From positions 14,683 to 78,682 of IMG/VR virus record IMGVR_UViG_3300010376_002108: a DNA stretch of 64,000 nt. One strand, written 5' to 3'. The stretch comes from a virus. Taxonomy: Duplodnaviria > Caudoviricetes. Below, piece after piece: positions 37,799 to 47,541 of the stretch. The stretch's first letter is position 1. Every line of letters starts with the position of its first letter. The notes beneath the pieces were generated by a model that did not search any database, was not told the origin of the DNA, and saw only the letters and a list, made by a program, of their open reading frames with translations. The position numbers and the translations under genes were made by a program.

Positions 37799-37844
37799 GG
37801 CGGCCCGCGCCCCTTGAGTCCTCCTGCAAGGGGCGCGGGCCGCC
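37799..37844. terminator. Perfect 18-bp hairpin at the end of the late/lysis operon
   Basis: GGCGGCCCGCGCCCCTTG-10 nt-CAAGGGGCGCGGGCCGCC followed by TTT. Confidence 0.7.
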
Positions 37845-37872
37845 TTTGCCGTCGCTGCATATGACGGGAGGT

Positions 37873-37901
37873 TTGACCCTCTACTAATACCTATCCAGGA
37901 T
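37873..37901 (+). promoter_or_regulatory. Candidate sigma70-type promoter TTGACC-N17-CAGGAT
   Basis: Spacing and AT-rich context upstream of the Rpf leader. Confidence 0.5.
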
Positions 37902-38159
37902 CCGCGAACTTGGTGCGGGCAGCGCGAGAGCCCGGCCGGAAAAGCTGGACCTTAGCCGGGCCGGGCCCTCACCGGACGCGCTGACGGGCGCCAAGACCGC
38001 CAGCATAGGCCGGGACCGGCGAGCGCCGCCTGACGGTCCCGGGTTTTTCCGCACGCCTGACAGCCCCTACCGGGGCGGTTAGGTTAGCGGGTGAAGGGCA
38101 CGACCGCCCCATCCTCCACAGAAGCGGCGGGCGTGCGACCAACGAGATTAAGGATAGCC

Positions 38160-38966
38160 ATGTCGCTGCCGCCTGCGACGCCGCCGGCGCAACACGCACC
38201 CGAAAACCACGCCCACACCACCGCCGTGGCGGGCAACCGCCCGGCCGGGCATTACACCGTCCGCGAGGGCGACTCTCTCTGGTCGATCGCGCACCACCTG
38301 TGGGGGCACGGATCCCGGTGGCCGCTGCTGTGGAAAGCCAACCCCGGGCTGCGCCGCCACCCCAACGCGATCCGCCCCGGTGACCGGCTGGCCGTGCCCG
38401 CCGACCCGCCGATGGCCCGGTCCCTCGTCAACGCCGCCTATGCTGCCGCTACGCCCGCAGTCCCCGCTGCGGCGAGCGCCGCCCCGGTCGCCGCAGCCCC
38501 CCCGGCGGCGGCCGGGGACGGTGACCACGACGGCGACGACCCGCCCGGGTTCAGTACGGCGCCGGGCAGCTTCGCCGCCTCCACCCACGCCGCGATCCAC
38601 CACTACGCGTGCGGCGACGGCGACGGCGACGGGTACGACATGCCGTGCTGGAAACTGCACCGGCACACCGCCACCACCCCGGCCGCGCCCGCCGCGCAGT
38701 CGCCCGTCGTCTACAGTGCCCCGGCGGCCGGCGGCGTGTGGGGCTGCATCGCCCAGCACGAGTCCGGCAACACCAACGCCGACACCGGCAACGGGTTCTA
38801 CGGCTACTTCCAGTTCACCGCCGCCACCTGGCAGTCGATCAGCGGCCTGGGCGGCGTCGCCTCGGACTACTCCTACGGCACCCAGCTCGCCATGGCCGAA
38901 AAGCTCCAGGCCACGTCCGGGTGGGGCAACTGGCCGGTCACCTCAGTGGCCTGCGGCGTCGGATGA
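38160..38966 (+). CDS. LysM + resuscitation-promoting factor (Rpf) transglycosylase domain protein
   Basis: YTVREGDSLWSIA..LWKAN..IRPGDRL; WGCIAQHESG..TGNGFYGYFQFTAATW..Q...GWGNWP. Start at ATG 38160 (AAGGA RBS) or GTG 38091. Confidence 0.85.
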   Translation: MSLPPATPPAQHAPENHAHTTAVAGNRPAGHYTVREGDSLWSIAHHLWGHGSRWPLLWKANPGLRRHPNAIRPGDRLAVPADPPMARSLVNAAYAAATPAVPAAASAAPVAAAPPAAAGDGDHDGDDPPGFSTAPGSFAASTHAAIHHYACGDGDGDGYDMPCWKLHRHTATTPAAPAAQSPVVYSAPAAGGVWGCIAQHESGNTNADTGNGFYGYFQFTAATWQSISGLGGVASDYSYGTQLAMAEKLQATSGWGNWPVTSVACGVG

Positions 38967-38975
38967 GAGGCCGCC

Positions 38976-39833
38976 ATGAGAAGACAACTGGCCGCCACGG
39001 TCCTGGCCGCCGCCACGGCGGTCCTGACGCTGCTGCCCGCCGCCCCGGCCAGCGCCCGCGCATCCTGCACCGCCGGCATCGGCGGCGGCTGCGGCCCCTA
39101 CCACTGGGCGGGCTGGCCCGGGTCGAACGGGTTCAACACCTACGTCATCGACCAGGCCGTCAACGTCCAGACGGGCAGCACCGGGCACATCACCGCCCGC
39201 AGCCCGTCGTCGTGGCAGGCCACCGCCAGCTACGCCTCATGCGGCGGGTGCGTGCAAACTTTCACCGCCGTCCAGCAGCTCACCAACAACTGGGGCGGCG
39301 GCGGGTGGAACGGCAGCGCCGACACGCCCGTCTCCGCACTGGCCAAACTCCAGGTGCGCTACGCCGAAACCGCCCCGTCCGGGCCCGGTAACCAGTACGA
39401 GTTCGCCCCCGACATCTGGACAAGCTACTCCGGGCAGCTCGGCCCCGGCACCGGCGACGTGATGATGTGGGCCGACACCACCGGGCGGCGGTGCACTGAT
39501 AACGGGCTCGGCGCCGGGGACATCATCGGCCACGCCGCCCTGGCCGGCCAGCCGTGGACGGTGTACCGGTACGGCCCCGCCGGGGGTGAGATCGTGTTTA
39601 TCCGCGACGGCGGCAAGTCCGGCGATCCGGCGGGCACCGGCACCTGCGCCACCGCCAAGTCGGGCACGCTGCACGTCCTGTCCGCGCTCAAATGGCTGTC
39701 CGGGCACGCGGCCAGGTTCCCGCCGCTGTCCCGGCTGACCATGTCCCAGCTCAACACCGGATGGGAGATAACTGACGGCGGCGGGGCCGGGTATGCCGTG
39801 ACCGCCCTGGCCTACCCGGTCGCGGTGAAGTGA
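38976..39833 (+). CDS. Secreted GH12-like glycoside hydrolase/jelly-roll protein
   Basis: Sec signal ending ASA-RA; YEFAPDIW, DVMMW, QLNTGWEI resemble GH12 motifs (nucleophile position is D, not E). Confidence 0.55.
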   Translation: MRRQLAATVLAAATAVLTLLPAAPASARASCTAGIGGGCGPYHWAGWPGSNGFNTYVIDQAVNVQTGSTGHITARSPSSWQATASYASCGGCVQTFTAVQQLTNNWGGGGWNGSADTPVSALAKLQVRYAETAPSGPGNQYEFAPDIWTSYSGQLGPGTGDVMMWADTTGRRCTDNGLGAGDIIGHAALAGQPWTVYRYGPAGGEIVFIRDGGKSGDPAGTGTCATAKSGTLHVLSALKWLSGHAARFPPLSRLTMSQLNTGWEITDGGGAGYAVTALAYPVAVK

Positions 39834-40018
39834 GCCGCCGCCAGCCGGCCGGGGAGGATGTGGGCGCTGCGCTGTCCCGCGAGGTGGCCGAGCGGTTTGA
39901 CCGGCTCATCGGCCCCCGGCCGCCCGGGTGGCGGTACCGTCCCCGGCGGCACCCGCGCACCGGCCGGTTTATGACCGTGACCGAGCGCGCGGATCTGCTG
40001 CTCGGGCCGCGCTGTTAG
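39830..40018 (+). CDS. Small hypothetical protein
   Basis: GTGA overlap. Confidence 0.4.
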   Translation: MSRRQPAGEDVGAALSREVAERFDRLIGPRPPGWRYRPRRHPRTGRFMTVTERADLLLGPRC

Positions 40019-41281
40019 GCGTGGGCGGCGACAAGTTCCGCGAGCTGCCCCGGGTGCGCGGCCTGGTAGTGGGCGGTGAGCCGCTTAGAGCCGCCCTTGC
40101 CGCCCGCCACGGTGTGCGCCGGGTCGAACCGGCATCCGAGCGTGGGGGCGTGGCTGACGGTCACCGGGTGCGCCCGGCCGTCGGTAAGCCGTGTCGGGTG
40201 CTTCGCCTTGCCTGCTGATTTCGCCATGACCGGGCAGCCTACCTGTCTTTCCAGGTCCACCACGTCGTCTTAGGTTTGGCACGGGGCTGGGGCATGTCCC
40301 GGGCGGCGTGCCAGGCGTGCCAGGCGTCGATCAGCTCGGCCGGTTCCCAGCGCGTGCGGGGCGGCACGATCGGCGGGTAGACGACCTGGCCCCGGTGGGT
40401 GCGGGCGCGCTGGCAGTTGCAGGACAGGCAGATGTACGGCCCGGAGAAGGTGAGCCGGATCTGGTGTGGCAGCGAGTCGTCCTGCCAGACCGGCATGCGG
40501 CCATGCTGTCACCGGCACTGTCCGGTCCGGCACAGGACACGCCTGGGCGCGGGCAGCACGGCATCCGCCGACCGGTGCTGGGTGCCGCCGCGCTGCCGGG
40601 CAGTCGGCGGCTGGAGCGGCTGGTACCGCACCGTCCGCTCGGCGTAGTGGCCGCAGTCCAGGGTCAGCTCCCACCAGCGGGTGCGGCGGGAGGTGTCCGG
40701 GCCGAGGACGCTGCCGCGTCCCTCGTAGAAGCCGCGCACGTCAGTGACGCGGCGCCAGGTGCCGGTCATGCCCGGCCGCCGGTTCCGGCGCGCGGGGCCA
40801 GCGGCGGGCAGCCGCCCGGGGGCCGGCCGTCGTCGCGCCACAGCAGCCCGCAGCCGTCGCAGGCGTGCTGGCCGCAGTTGGGGCAGGTGGTCACCTTGTG
40901 CGCCGGGTGCTGGCAGCCGAACCGGACGTCGTGCAGGTGTTCCTGGTGCTGGCGGCGCACGCGGGAGCGGGACGGCCCGGTGTAGGCCGCCCCGCCGCAC
41001 CCGCATTCGCCGGTGAACCGGCCCCGTGTCTCGCTGGTGGTCAGCCAGTGCCCCTGAATCCTCACGGGTCACCCATACCGGATCCCGGCCCTGAGCAGGA
41101 CGGCCCACTGGAAGCCGCAGCGCAGCGAGCAGAACACGCCGTTGGCCCGGTAGCCGGGCTTGTCGTTTCCCGGCAGCTCCAGGCGCATCTGCTCGCCGCA
41201 CCACAGGCAGGTGCCGTCGTAGGGCGTGTTCGGGGTGTGGTGCCCTTCGCCCTTGCCGTTGCTGAATGACAAGGTGCCCAT
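40015..41281 (-). CDS. Run of five small Cys/His-rich hypothetical genes (40015-40227, 40239-40496, 40509-40769, 40766-41065, 41069-41281)
   Basis: Abutting or overlapping minus-strand ORFs with CxxC/HxxxH motifs. Confidence 0.55.
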
Positions 41282-41514
41282 CAGGCCGGCTCTCCGTTCT
41301 CGTAGACGGCGTACACCACGCCGGGGTGGGCGTCGGCCCAGCGGCGGTACTTGGCCACCGTGTCGGGGGCCATGCCCAGGTGGCGGGCGATGCCGGTGTC
41401 GGTGCGCAGGCCCAGCCAGTCGCGGGCGAACACGTACTCGTCCAGGGTGACGGCACGCGGCGTCCACTCCGTCTTCTCAGCCACGACGCTCACCTCCCTA
41501 GTGGTCGTGGTCAT
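41281..41514 (-). CDS. Small HTH DNA-binding protein
   Basis: DTGIARHLGMAPDTVAKYRR. Confidence 0.6.
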   Translation of the reverse strand: MTTTTREVSVVAEKTEWTPRAVTLDEYVFARDWLGLRTDTGIARHLGMAPDTVAKYRRWADAHPGVVYAVYENGEPA

Positions 41515-41855
41515 GCCAGCGCTCTTTTGCGCCGGATCTTCCCGGCCGTGTCGCGGGCCGCCTGACCGGGCTGCTCGATGTCGCGCTTGCCGTGCTCGGC
41601 CGCCTCGGCGCCCGAGCCCCACAGCGCGACCGGTGTCGTGTAGGCGCGGGCCGCTTCCACGTCGTCGCCGGTCAGCAGGCCGACGGCCAGGGCGATCCGC
41701 AGGCCCAGCGATTCGTCCATGTCGTGCACCGCGACCCAGCCGGCGCACAGCCTGCCGTTGTCCTGGTGGCAGAAGAACGCGCCCGGGGGCTGCGCCCATG
41801 TCGCCTCGTCGTAGGGCGGCAGCTTGTCGCACTCGGCCGCGTCAGCGGCGGTCAT
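41511..41855 (-). CDS. DUF6283-like protein
   Basis: KLPPYD...FFCHQ..GRLCAGW. Confidence 0.6.
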   Translation of the reverse strand: MTAADAAECDKLPPYDEATWAQPPGAFFCHQDNGRLCAGWVAVHDMDESLGLRIALAVGLLTGDDVEAARAYTTPVALWGSGAEAAEHGKRDIEQPGQAARDTAGKIRRKRALA

Positions 41856-42674
41856 AGCCGGTCCCCCTCGTCGTAGATCACGAACCGGTCACCCGGCCTG
41901 TTGTCATGCCAGCGGGTCATCGCGTCGTCCAGGTTGCTGTGCTGCACCTGGGCGGACACGCCGTCGCCGCCGCGCCACTGGTTGTTGTCCGGCCAGGCGA
42001 TGGTGTAGGCGGTGCGGCCGAAACTGTCCGGGTGGTTGTCCAGCAGTTCGATCAGCACCTCGCCGTCCGCCGGGCGGCGCATCGGCGCGGTCACGACAGC
42101 CCGCTCGGGGGCGCGGGCTCGATGCTGATCGAGAACGCGCACAGCGGCCGGTTGGGCTGCCCGTCGGGACGGGTCGGCCGCGCCGTCGGCACCGCCGTGT
42201 ACAGCGCCCACGCGGCAGGCTTGGACGGGAACACCATTGCCTTGGCCGGGTCGGCGGTCCACCGGGCTTCGCCCTGCCCGTCGTGGGCTTCGGGGTCATA
42301 AGCGCGGAGGTACTGGCCGGCCGGGTTGCGCCTGCCGGGGTGGCGGGCGATGCCTTGCAGGGCCAGGCAGCGGATCACGATGCGCTCAGTCATCGCGGGT
42401 TGCCTCCCTTGATGGTGTGCGGGTGCGCGGGGCACATGACGTTGCACGGCATGCTCGCCGGGTGCACGTGGTGCGGGGCGTCCGGGTCGGGCAGGCCGAG
42501 CGCGTCCGCGACCGGCGCGGCGGCGACCATGGCCACCTCGGCTGCGGTCACCGGCTCGCTGAAACCGGCGCCGAGCGCGACGGTGCGGTTGATGATCGCG
42601 CCCCGGTCCGCGCCGGGCTCGATGGCGGTCGCGGTGAGCATGAGCTGGACGATCAGGCTAGTCCGGTTGTTCAT
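41852..42674 (-). CDS. Three small hypothetical genes (41852-42094, 42091-42393, 42390-42674)
   Basis: Chained 4-nt overlaps; the first gene has a GGAGAGGAAG RBS. Confidence 0.55.
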
Positions 42675-42703
42675 GTTACTTCCTCTCCACATACGAGTAT
42701 AGC

Positions 42704-42740
42704 GAACGGCCCCGGCGGATTGCAACCGCCGGGGCCGTTC
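42704..42740 (-). terminator. 15-bp perfect hairpin whose loop is the -35 box (TTGCAA-N18-TATACT) of the next leftward promoter
   Basis: GAACGGCCCCGGCGG-attgcaa-CCGCCGGGGCCGTTC; -10 box at 42696-42701. Confidence 0.65.
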
Positions 42741-42751
42741 TTCCCCGCATT

Positions 42752-42934
42752 TCACTCGTTCTCGCACTCGGCCGCGTCAGCGGCAGCGGCGAGCAGGGCC
42801 GCCCGGACCGCAGCATGATCAAGACCGCACCACTCGCACCGCCGGCCCGGCGTGTAGTGCGGGCCGTCACCGGTCACGCAGTTCCACGCCGGGGCGGTGC
42901 GGGCGAACAGGTCCGGGTTGACAGGGGTTCTCAT
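42752..42934 (-). CDS. Small Cys/His hypothetical protein
   Basis: WNC..H..CEWC. Confidence 0.5.
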   Translation of the reverse strand: MRTPVNPDLFARTAPAWNCVTGDGPHYTPGRRCEWCGLDHAAVRAALLAAAADAAECENE

Positions 42935-43776
42935 TACGCTGCCACCCACCCTTCGGTGACCGTCCACTTGCCCGACGCCTGCGGGGCGACGGTGACGAAC
43001 GGCCGGCCCCGCGCCGCCTCAATCTCGGCGGGCGTGGCGAGCCGCTCGTCTTCGGGCAGGAACAGCCCGGCCCGGAACGCGGCCACCTCGGCGTCCACCG
43101 TCTCGGGGGCTGCGGGCCATTCCAGCGGCAGTACCGGCTGGATGCCGCGCCTGGCCGCCAGGGCGTCTAGCCACAGGTGGGCTGCGGCGAAGTTCTCACG
43201 GGTCAGGCCCTTGGCCGGGTTGACCGTGACCACAAGCTGGTCGCCGTCGTAGAAGTCGGCCAGCGCGTCGGCCGCGTCCAGCTCGTCATCGAACCAGATC
43301 ACCGGCCGCCCCCGGGCGTACAGCGCCAGGGCGAGAGCCTTCTGCTCACCGATCGTCGGCCGCCGGCTGCTGCCCATCAGGAACGCGCGCCGCGCCGGGC
43401 TCACCGGCACGTACGGCATGTCGGGCAGGCCCACGATGGGGGCGATGTCGTACTTGGCGTCTTCCTCCCACATGGTGCACCAGACCAGCTCGGCTCCGGT
43501 GGCTTCGGCCAGCGCGACCAGCGCGGGGCCGTGCTGCGGGTTGACCCGCACCCAGATGCCGCCGCCTGCCCGGCTGTCCGCGCCTGCCAGGACGTCGGTC
43601 CAGCCGTCGGCGCGGGGTGCGCGCCGCCACCAGGACCGGTTTCCGTCCGTGACGGGCTGGTAGTCATCGAACCGGTTGAGCACGCCGTCAACATCGACGG
43701 CGATGATCGGCCTGTCAGCGTCGGGCCGCCGCAGGGCGGTACCGTTCAGGCCGTAATTCAGGTTGTTCAAGTTAAT
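42934..43776 (-). CDS. HAD-superfamily phosphatase (RNA-repair/PNK-like HAD)
   Basis: IIAVDVDGVLN, LVWCTMW, IWFDDE. Confidence 0.8.
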   Translation of the reverse strand: MNLNNLNYGLNGTALRRPDADRPIIAVDVDGVLNRFDDYQPVTDGNRSWWRRAPRADGWTDVLAGADSRAGGGIWVRVNPQHGPALVALAEATGAELVWCTMWEEDAKYDIAPIVGLPDMPYVPVSPARRAFLMGSSRRPTIGEQKALALALYARGRPVIWFDDELDAADALADFYDGDQLVVTVNPAKGLTRENFAAAHLWLDALAARRGIQPVLPLEWPAAPETVDAEVAAFRAGLFLPEDERLATPAEIEAARGRPFVTVAPQASGKWTVTEGWVAA

Positions 43777-43825
43777 CACTCTATATCGCTTCCTCTCCAA
43801 AAAAGCCTTACAACTAGTACAACAA

Positions 43826-43863
43826 CAGGAATGGCGGGTTTATTCCCTTTCCCGCCATTCCTG
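43826..43863. terminator. 13-bp perfect inverted repeat
   Basis: CAGGAATGGCGGG-12 nt-CCCGCCATTCCTG in an AT-rich intergenic region. Confidence 0.6.
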
Positions 43864-43873
43864 GTGCCATTTC

Positions 43874-45076
43874 TTATCCGGCGTAGGCGACGCCCTCATG
43901 GTCGGGCCGCACCTCGTGCGAATGCTCGACCAGGCCGCCGTGCGCGGCCAGCCCGGCGTGCCGGAACGCCCACCTGGCCAGGCCGCCGCTGAGGCCGACC
44001 CGGTAGACCAGGCCCTCACGTTCCATGTTGCGCAACTCGGCCAGCACCTCGGCCGTATTCGTCTCGTGCGGGCCGAACCGGGCCCGGACGGCGAACGCGA
44101 CCGCCAGGGCGTCTGCGCCCGGCCCGTCGGCGGGCAGGTCGGCCAGCACGTCGCGGATCTGGCCGGGCAGCGGGTACCGGGCGTTGCCGATCCGCGCCTG
44201 CTCGGTCCGGGCCGCCTCCACCGCGTCGAGCAGCGCGGCCACCGCTTCGGGCGTGTTCAGCCGGGCGGTCCAGTTGACGTCGCCCGCGTCAGTGATCCGC
44301 TCGCCCAGCCACACGTGCGCCCGGTCGGTGACGCCGATGGCGAGCGGGGCGCGGCCGGCCTGTCCGACCCGCCACGTCATGGTTATGTGCTCGGGGGTGT
44401 CGCCGGGCCCGGTGATGTTCGCCTCATGCGGGGCGCCCAAGCGCGGGTTGAGGGGGGTGGTGGCGGCGCGGTGCATGTCCACGCGCCGCTGCGCGGCCTC
44501 CCGGTCGGCCGCGTGGGCGGACAGGCCCAGGCCGCAGCCGTGCGGGCACCACACCAGGTAGCCGTCCGCCGGGGCGGCCTGCTGCCAGCCGGCACCGCCG
44601 GCCTGGGTGACATTCGCCTCATGCGGAGTGCTGTCGCGGGCGGGCTCGTGCCTGCCCTTGTCGTGATCGCAGGCTGCCGTGCAGCGGGTCACGTCGTCCA
44701 CGGTGTAGCCGCCCTCGTCGCGGCCGATGGTCAGCTCGCGGTAGCGGACGGACACGGTGACCGGCTCGGTGCGGGCGGTGGCGAGCAGCCGGTGCGCGGA
44801 TTCCAGCGGCAGGCCGTACTTGCCGTGCAGCAGGGTGGCCGTCTCGTGCTCGTCTTCGGCGTCGGCCTGCGCGAATTCGCGGGTGACGAATCCGCCGGCG
44901 GTGACGATCGTCCGGTCGTTGTGGTGGATGGTCAGCACCCAGGTTTCGGCGGGGTCCTCGTCGTTCAGCGCGGCCAGGTAGGACCAGCCGCCGTCGGGGT
45001 GCGCGCCGTAGCTGCCGGACGCGTACCGGGTCCAGGTCAGGATGTCAGTCATGTTTGCGTTCCCCTGCGTTTCCAT
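43874..45076 (-). CDS. Multidomain hypothetical protein, possible C-terminal winged helix
   Basis: ATG at 45076 after GGAGAGGAAG; EVLAELRNMEREGLV. Confidence 0.6.
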   Translation of the reverse strand: METQGNANMTDILTWTRYASGSYGAHPDGGWSYLAALNDEDPAETWVLTIHHNDRTIVTAGGFVTREFAQADAEDEHETATLLHGKYGLPLESAHRLLATARTEPVTVSVRYRELTIGRDEGGYTVDDVTRCTAACDHDKGRHEPARDSTPHEANVTQAGGAGWQQAAPADGYLVWCPHGCGLGLSAHAADREAAQRRVDMHRAATTPLNPRLGAPHEANITGPGDTPEHITMTWRVGQAGRAPLAIGVTDRAHVWLGERITDAGDVNWTARLNTPEAVAALLDAVEAARTEQARIGNARYPLPGQIRDVLADLPADGPGADALAVAFAVRARFGPHETNTAEVLAELRNMEREGLVYRVGLSGGLARWAFRHAGLAAHGGLVEHSHEVRPDHEGVAYAG

Positions 45077-45139
45077 TTCGGCTTCCTCTCCAAAGCCATA
45101 CACTACTATACAACGCGGCAACGGCACAAGGTATTCCGG

Positions 45140-46339
45140 CTACCTGGCCAGCCGGTACAGCGTCCGCGACTCTCTGACCCGCAGCGGCAGCCCGTCCGGC
45201 CCCTTCACGTACCCGTGAACAAACGTGGTCAGCGCCCCGCACACCCGGCACCGCTTCGACGCCCGGTCCGGGTCGGCGTGATGCCACCCGTGCGCCTCGT
45301 CGTAGGCCTCGATGTGCCGGTGATGCCCCGCCACCAGCCACCGGCACGACCAGTCCACATCCCGGTGCCCGGCCTCCGTACCGTCGGCGTGCACGGCCCG
45401 GCGCAGCGTCACCACGTGCACCTGATCGTGGCGGATCGACCGCTGAGCGCGCCGCCGCGCCCCCCGCTCCACCGGCGCGGGCTCCCTCGCCGCGATCACC
45501 GTGCCCATCAGCACGCACAGCGCGTGAAACCAGGTCACCGAATTGTCCCCGCCGAACGGGTCCTCCCAGTCCACGTTCCGGCCGCCGGGCAGCCGCATGC
45601 CGAACGGGATAGTGAGCGACTGGTTGAGCACCAGCGGCCCGTCCGAATGCCCGTCCGGGTAGTCGTCCGCGTCGCCTTGCAGGTGCCAGGAGCAGATCCG
45701 CAGCAGCGGCGTCACCTGGTCCGGGTGGTAGGACTCCACGACACCGGACAGGTCCGAATGCCAGGTGAGCACGCGGGTGGCGATCACCTCGCCGTTCTTG
45801 TCCTTGGCGTGGCGGGGCTTGTCCAGCCACACGAATCCCGCCGGGGCCGGCAGTTCGGCCTGGTCGATGTGCACCAGCGCGTTCGCCTCGCCCACCAGGT
45901 TTTCGTAGATGCCCGACACCGCGTCGCACATCCCGCCGGTGACCTGGAAGGTGGCCGCGTCGAACAGGCCCCGGGCCAGCTCGCCCATGTAGGCGCGTGC
46001 CTCGTCGTCGGACTCGTGCGGGGTGTGCGGCCAGAACATGATGTCGGCTTCGCTGTCGGCCGCCTCATGGGCGTCGATCGCGCCGGCCCGGATCCGGTGC
46101 ACCAGGCCCACGGTGGGCCGGGCGAGCAGGTCGTGCAGGCGCACGTGATGGTCTAGGACGGCACGCGGGGCCAGCGTCCCCGTGGTCGGCTGGGCGGCTG
46201 GTACCGGCAGGGTGGCGATCACCTGGGCGCGGACCACCTGGCCTTGCGGGTTCATCCCGGCGGCGGGCGTGATGGACCTGGTGCTGCGCCTGCCGGTGCG
46301 GCGCTGGGCCCGCTTCTGCTTGCGGTGCTTGCTGCTCAC
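45140..46339 (-). CDS. Conserved hypothetical phage protein
   Basis: GTG at 46339; C-terminal WLVAGHHRH...VKGPDGLPL motif. Confidence 0.6.
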   Translation of the reverse strand: MSSKHRKQKRAQRRTGRRSTRSITPAAGMNPQGQVVRAQVIATLPVPAAQPTTGTLAPRAVLDHHVRLHDLLARPTVGLVHRIRAGAIDAHEAADSEADIMFWPHTPHESDDEARAYMGELARGLFDAATFQVTGGMCDAVSGIYENLVGEANALVHIDQAELPAPAGFVWLDKPRHAKDKNGEVIATRVLTWHSDLSGVVESYHPDQVTPLLRICSWHLQGDADDYPDGHSDGPLVLNQSLTIPFGMRLPGGRNVDWEDPFGGDNSVTWFHALCVLMGTVIAAREPAPVERGARRRAQRSIRHDQVHVVTLRRAVHADGTEAGHRDVDWSCRWLVAGHHRHIEAYDEAHGWHHADPDRASKRCRVCGALTTFVHGYVKGPDGLPLRVRESRTLYRLAR

Positions 46340-47119
46340 GACGTGCCCCCGGTGACCGGCGAGCGGGTCTTGCCGATGGTGCGTAGCTTCTGCACCTGCC
46401 AGCGGCACACCGCCTGCTGCGGGTGCGGCACGACCCGCCAGGTGATCAGGTTGCGGGACGGCTCCCCGGTGGTGCCCGCCCGGCCGGGCAGCGCGGGCAG
46501 CACGGTGGTGCAGGTGGTGAATTCCACCTGGCCCTGGTCGCGGGCGATGCCGGCCAGGGCGCGGGCGTCGGCCAGGGCGATCTGGGCGATGGAGCGGATC
46601 GTGTCGGGCAGCAGGTCGTCGGTGGACCGCCACGTGGACACAGGGCTTCGCGCGGTCACGACTGGGCCGCCTCGTCCAGCTCGGCCGCGCACGCGTCCAG
46701 CGTGTCAGCCCTGGCCCGTGCCTCACGGGGCGCGTTGCCGGTCATCTGCCCGGCGGTGTCCCGCAGCAGCTCGGCCTGCCGCCGCCAGCGGCTTGCGATC
46801 GTCTCGTACTTGTTCATCGGTGCTTCCTCTCCACGGGCAGTACCCGGCTGATCCGGTCCGGGCGGAACGCCCGGAATTCGGTCACCCCGGCCCGGCCGCC
46901 GACCACCGTCACCCACTCGCGCGGGGTGCGGCGGCGGCCACGGGGCGGGTTGACCACGTGATCCCAGAACGTGAACGTGCCGTGCTCGCCCCGGATTTTC
47001 AGCGGGGTGCCCCGGCCGATCAGGTTCCGGCCGTGCTGGTAGGTCTGTGCTACGTGCCAGTGCGCCGGGTAGGCGTCTGCCGTCCCGGCGGTGCGGCGGG
47101 TCAATGAGCCCATCCGCAT
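46336..47119 (-). CDS. Three small hypothetical genes (46336-46659, 46656-46817, 46814-47119)
   Basis: Chained overlaps; two have a GGAGAGGAAG RBS. Confidence 0.55.
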
Positions 47120-47138
47120 CACTTCCTCTCCACACACC

Positions 47139-47166
47139 ATTATATCAAACGGTGAACGGGAGGCAA
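47139..47166 (-). promoter_or_regulatory. sigma70-type promoter TTGCCT-N16-TATAAT
   Basis: Read directly upstream of GGAGAGGAAG at 47122-47131. Confidence 0.7.
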
Positions 47167-47175
47167 AACGGCTGG

Positions 47176-47541
47176 TCAGGGAGTCGGGGGCTCCAAGCCC
47201 TGAGTGGCCACCGACCCCGGCCAGCCCGTAAACCCGTACTCGTCGTCCAGCAGGTACCAGCCCTCCCCGTACGGGCCCTGCGCCATCCACACCGGGATCT
47301 CGGTCAGCGGCCGGGGATCATGCTTGGACACCGTCCAGCCGCGAAACGATTCCAGCCCGGCAGCAGCAGGGTGGGCTTCTATCCAGCCGTGCGCGCCGGT
47401 CGTGCCCGACCCGCACACGCTGACCCGGTTCGACGGCCGGTCATCGGAGTGGTTGTGGTTGCGGTGGTGCACCGTCTCGGCCCGGTCGCCATGCATCACG
47501 CACTTGCCGCCGTCGCGGTCGTGCACCGGGTTGTCAGGCAT
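47176..47541 (-). CDS. HNH endonuclease-like protein
   Basis: RDGGKCVMHG...HHRN...SNRVSVCG...HGWIE. Confidence 0.7.
   Translation of the reverse strand: MPDNPVHDRDGGKCVMHGDRAETVHHRNHNHSDDRPSNRVSVCGSGTTGAHGWIEAHPAAAGLESFRGWTVSKHDPRPLTEIPVWMAQGPYGEGWYLLDDEYGFTGWPGSVATQGLEPPTP

Noticed and set aside
37651-37860. 69-aa minus-strand ORF
   Set aside because: Runs through the terminator hairpin and is low-complexity; probably non-coding.
37900-38160. Confident c-di-AMP (ydaO) riboswitch or tRNA call
   Set aside because: Only fragmentary resemblance; no cloverleaf or T-loop; left as an unassigned structured leader.
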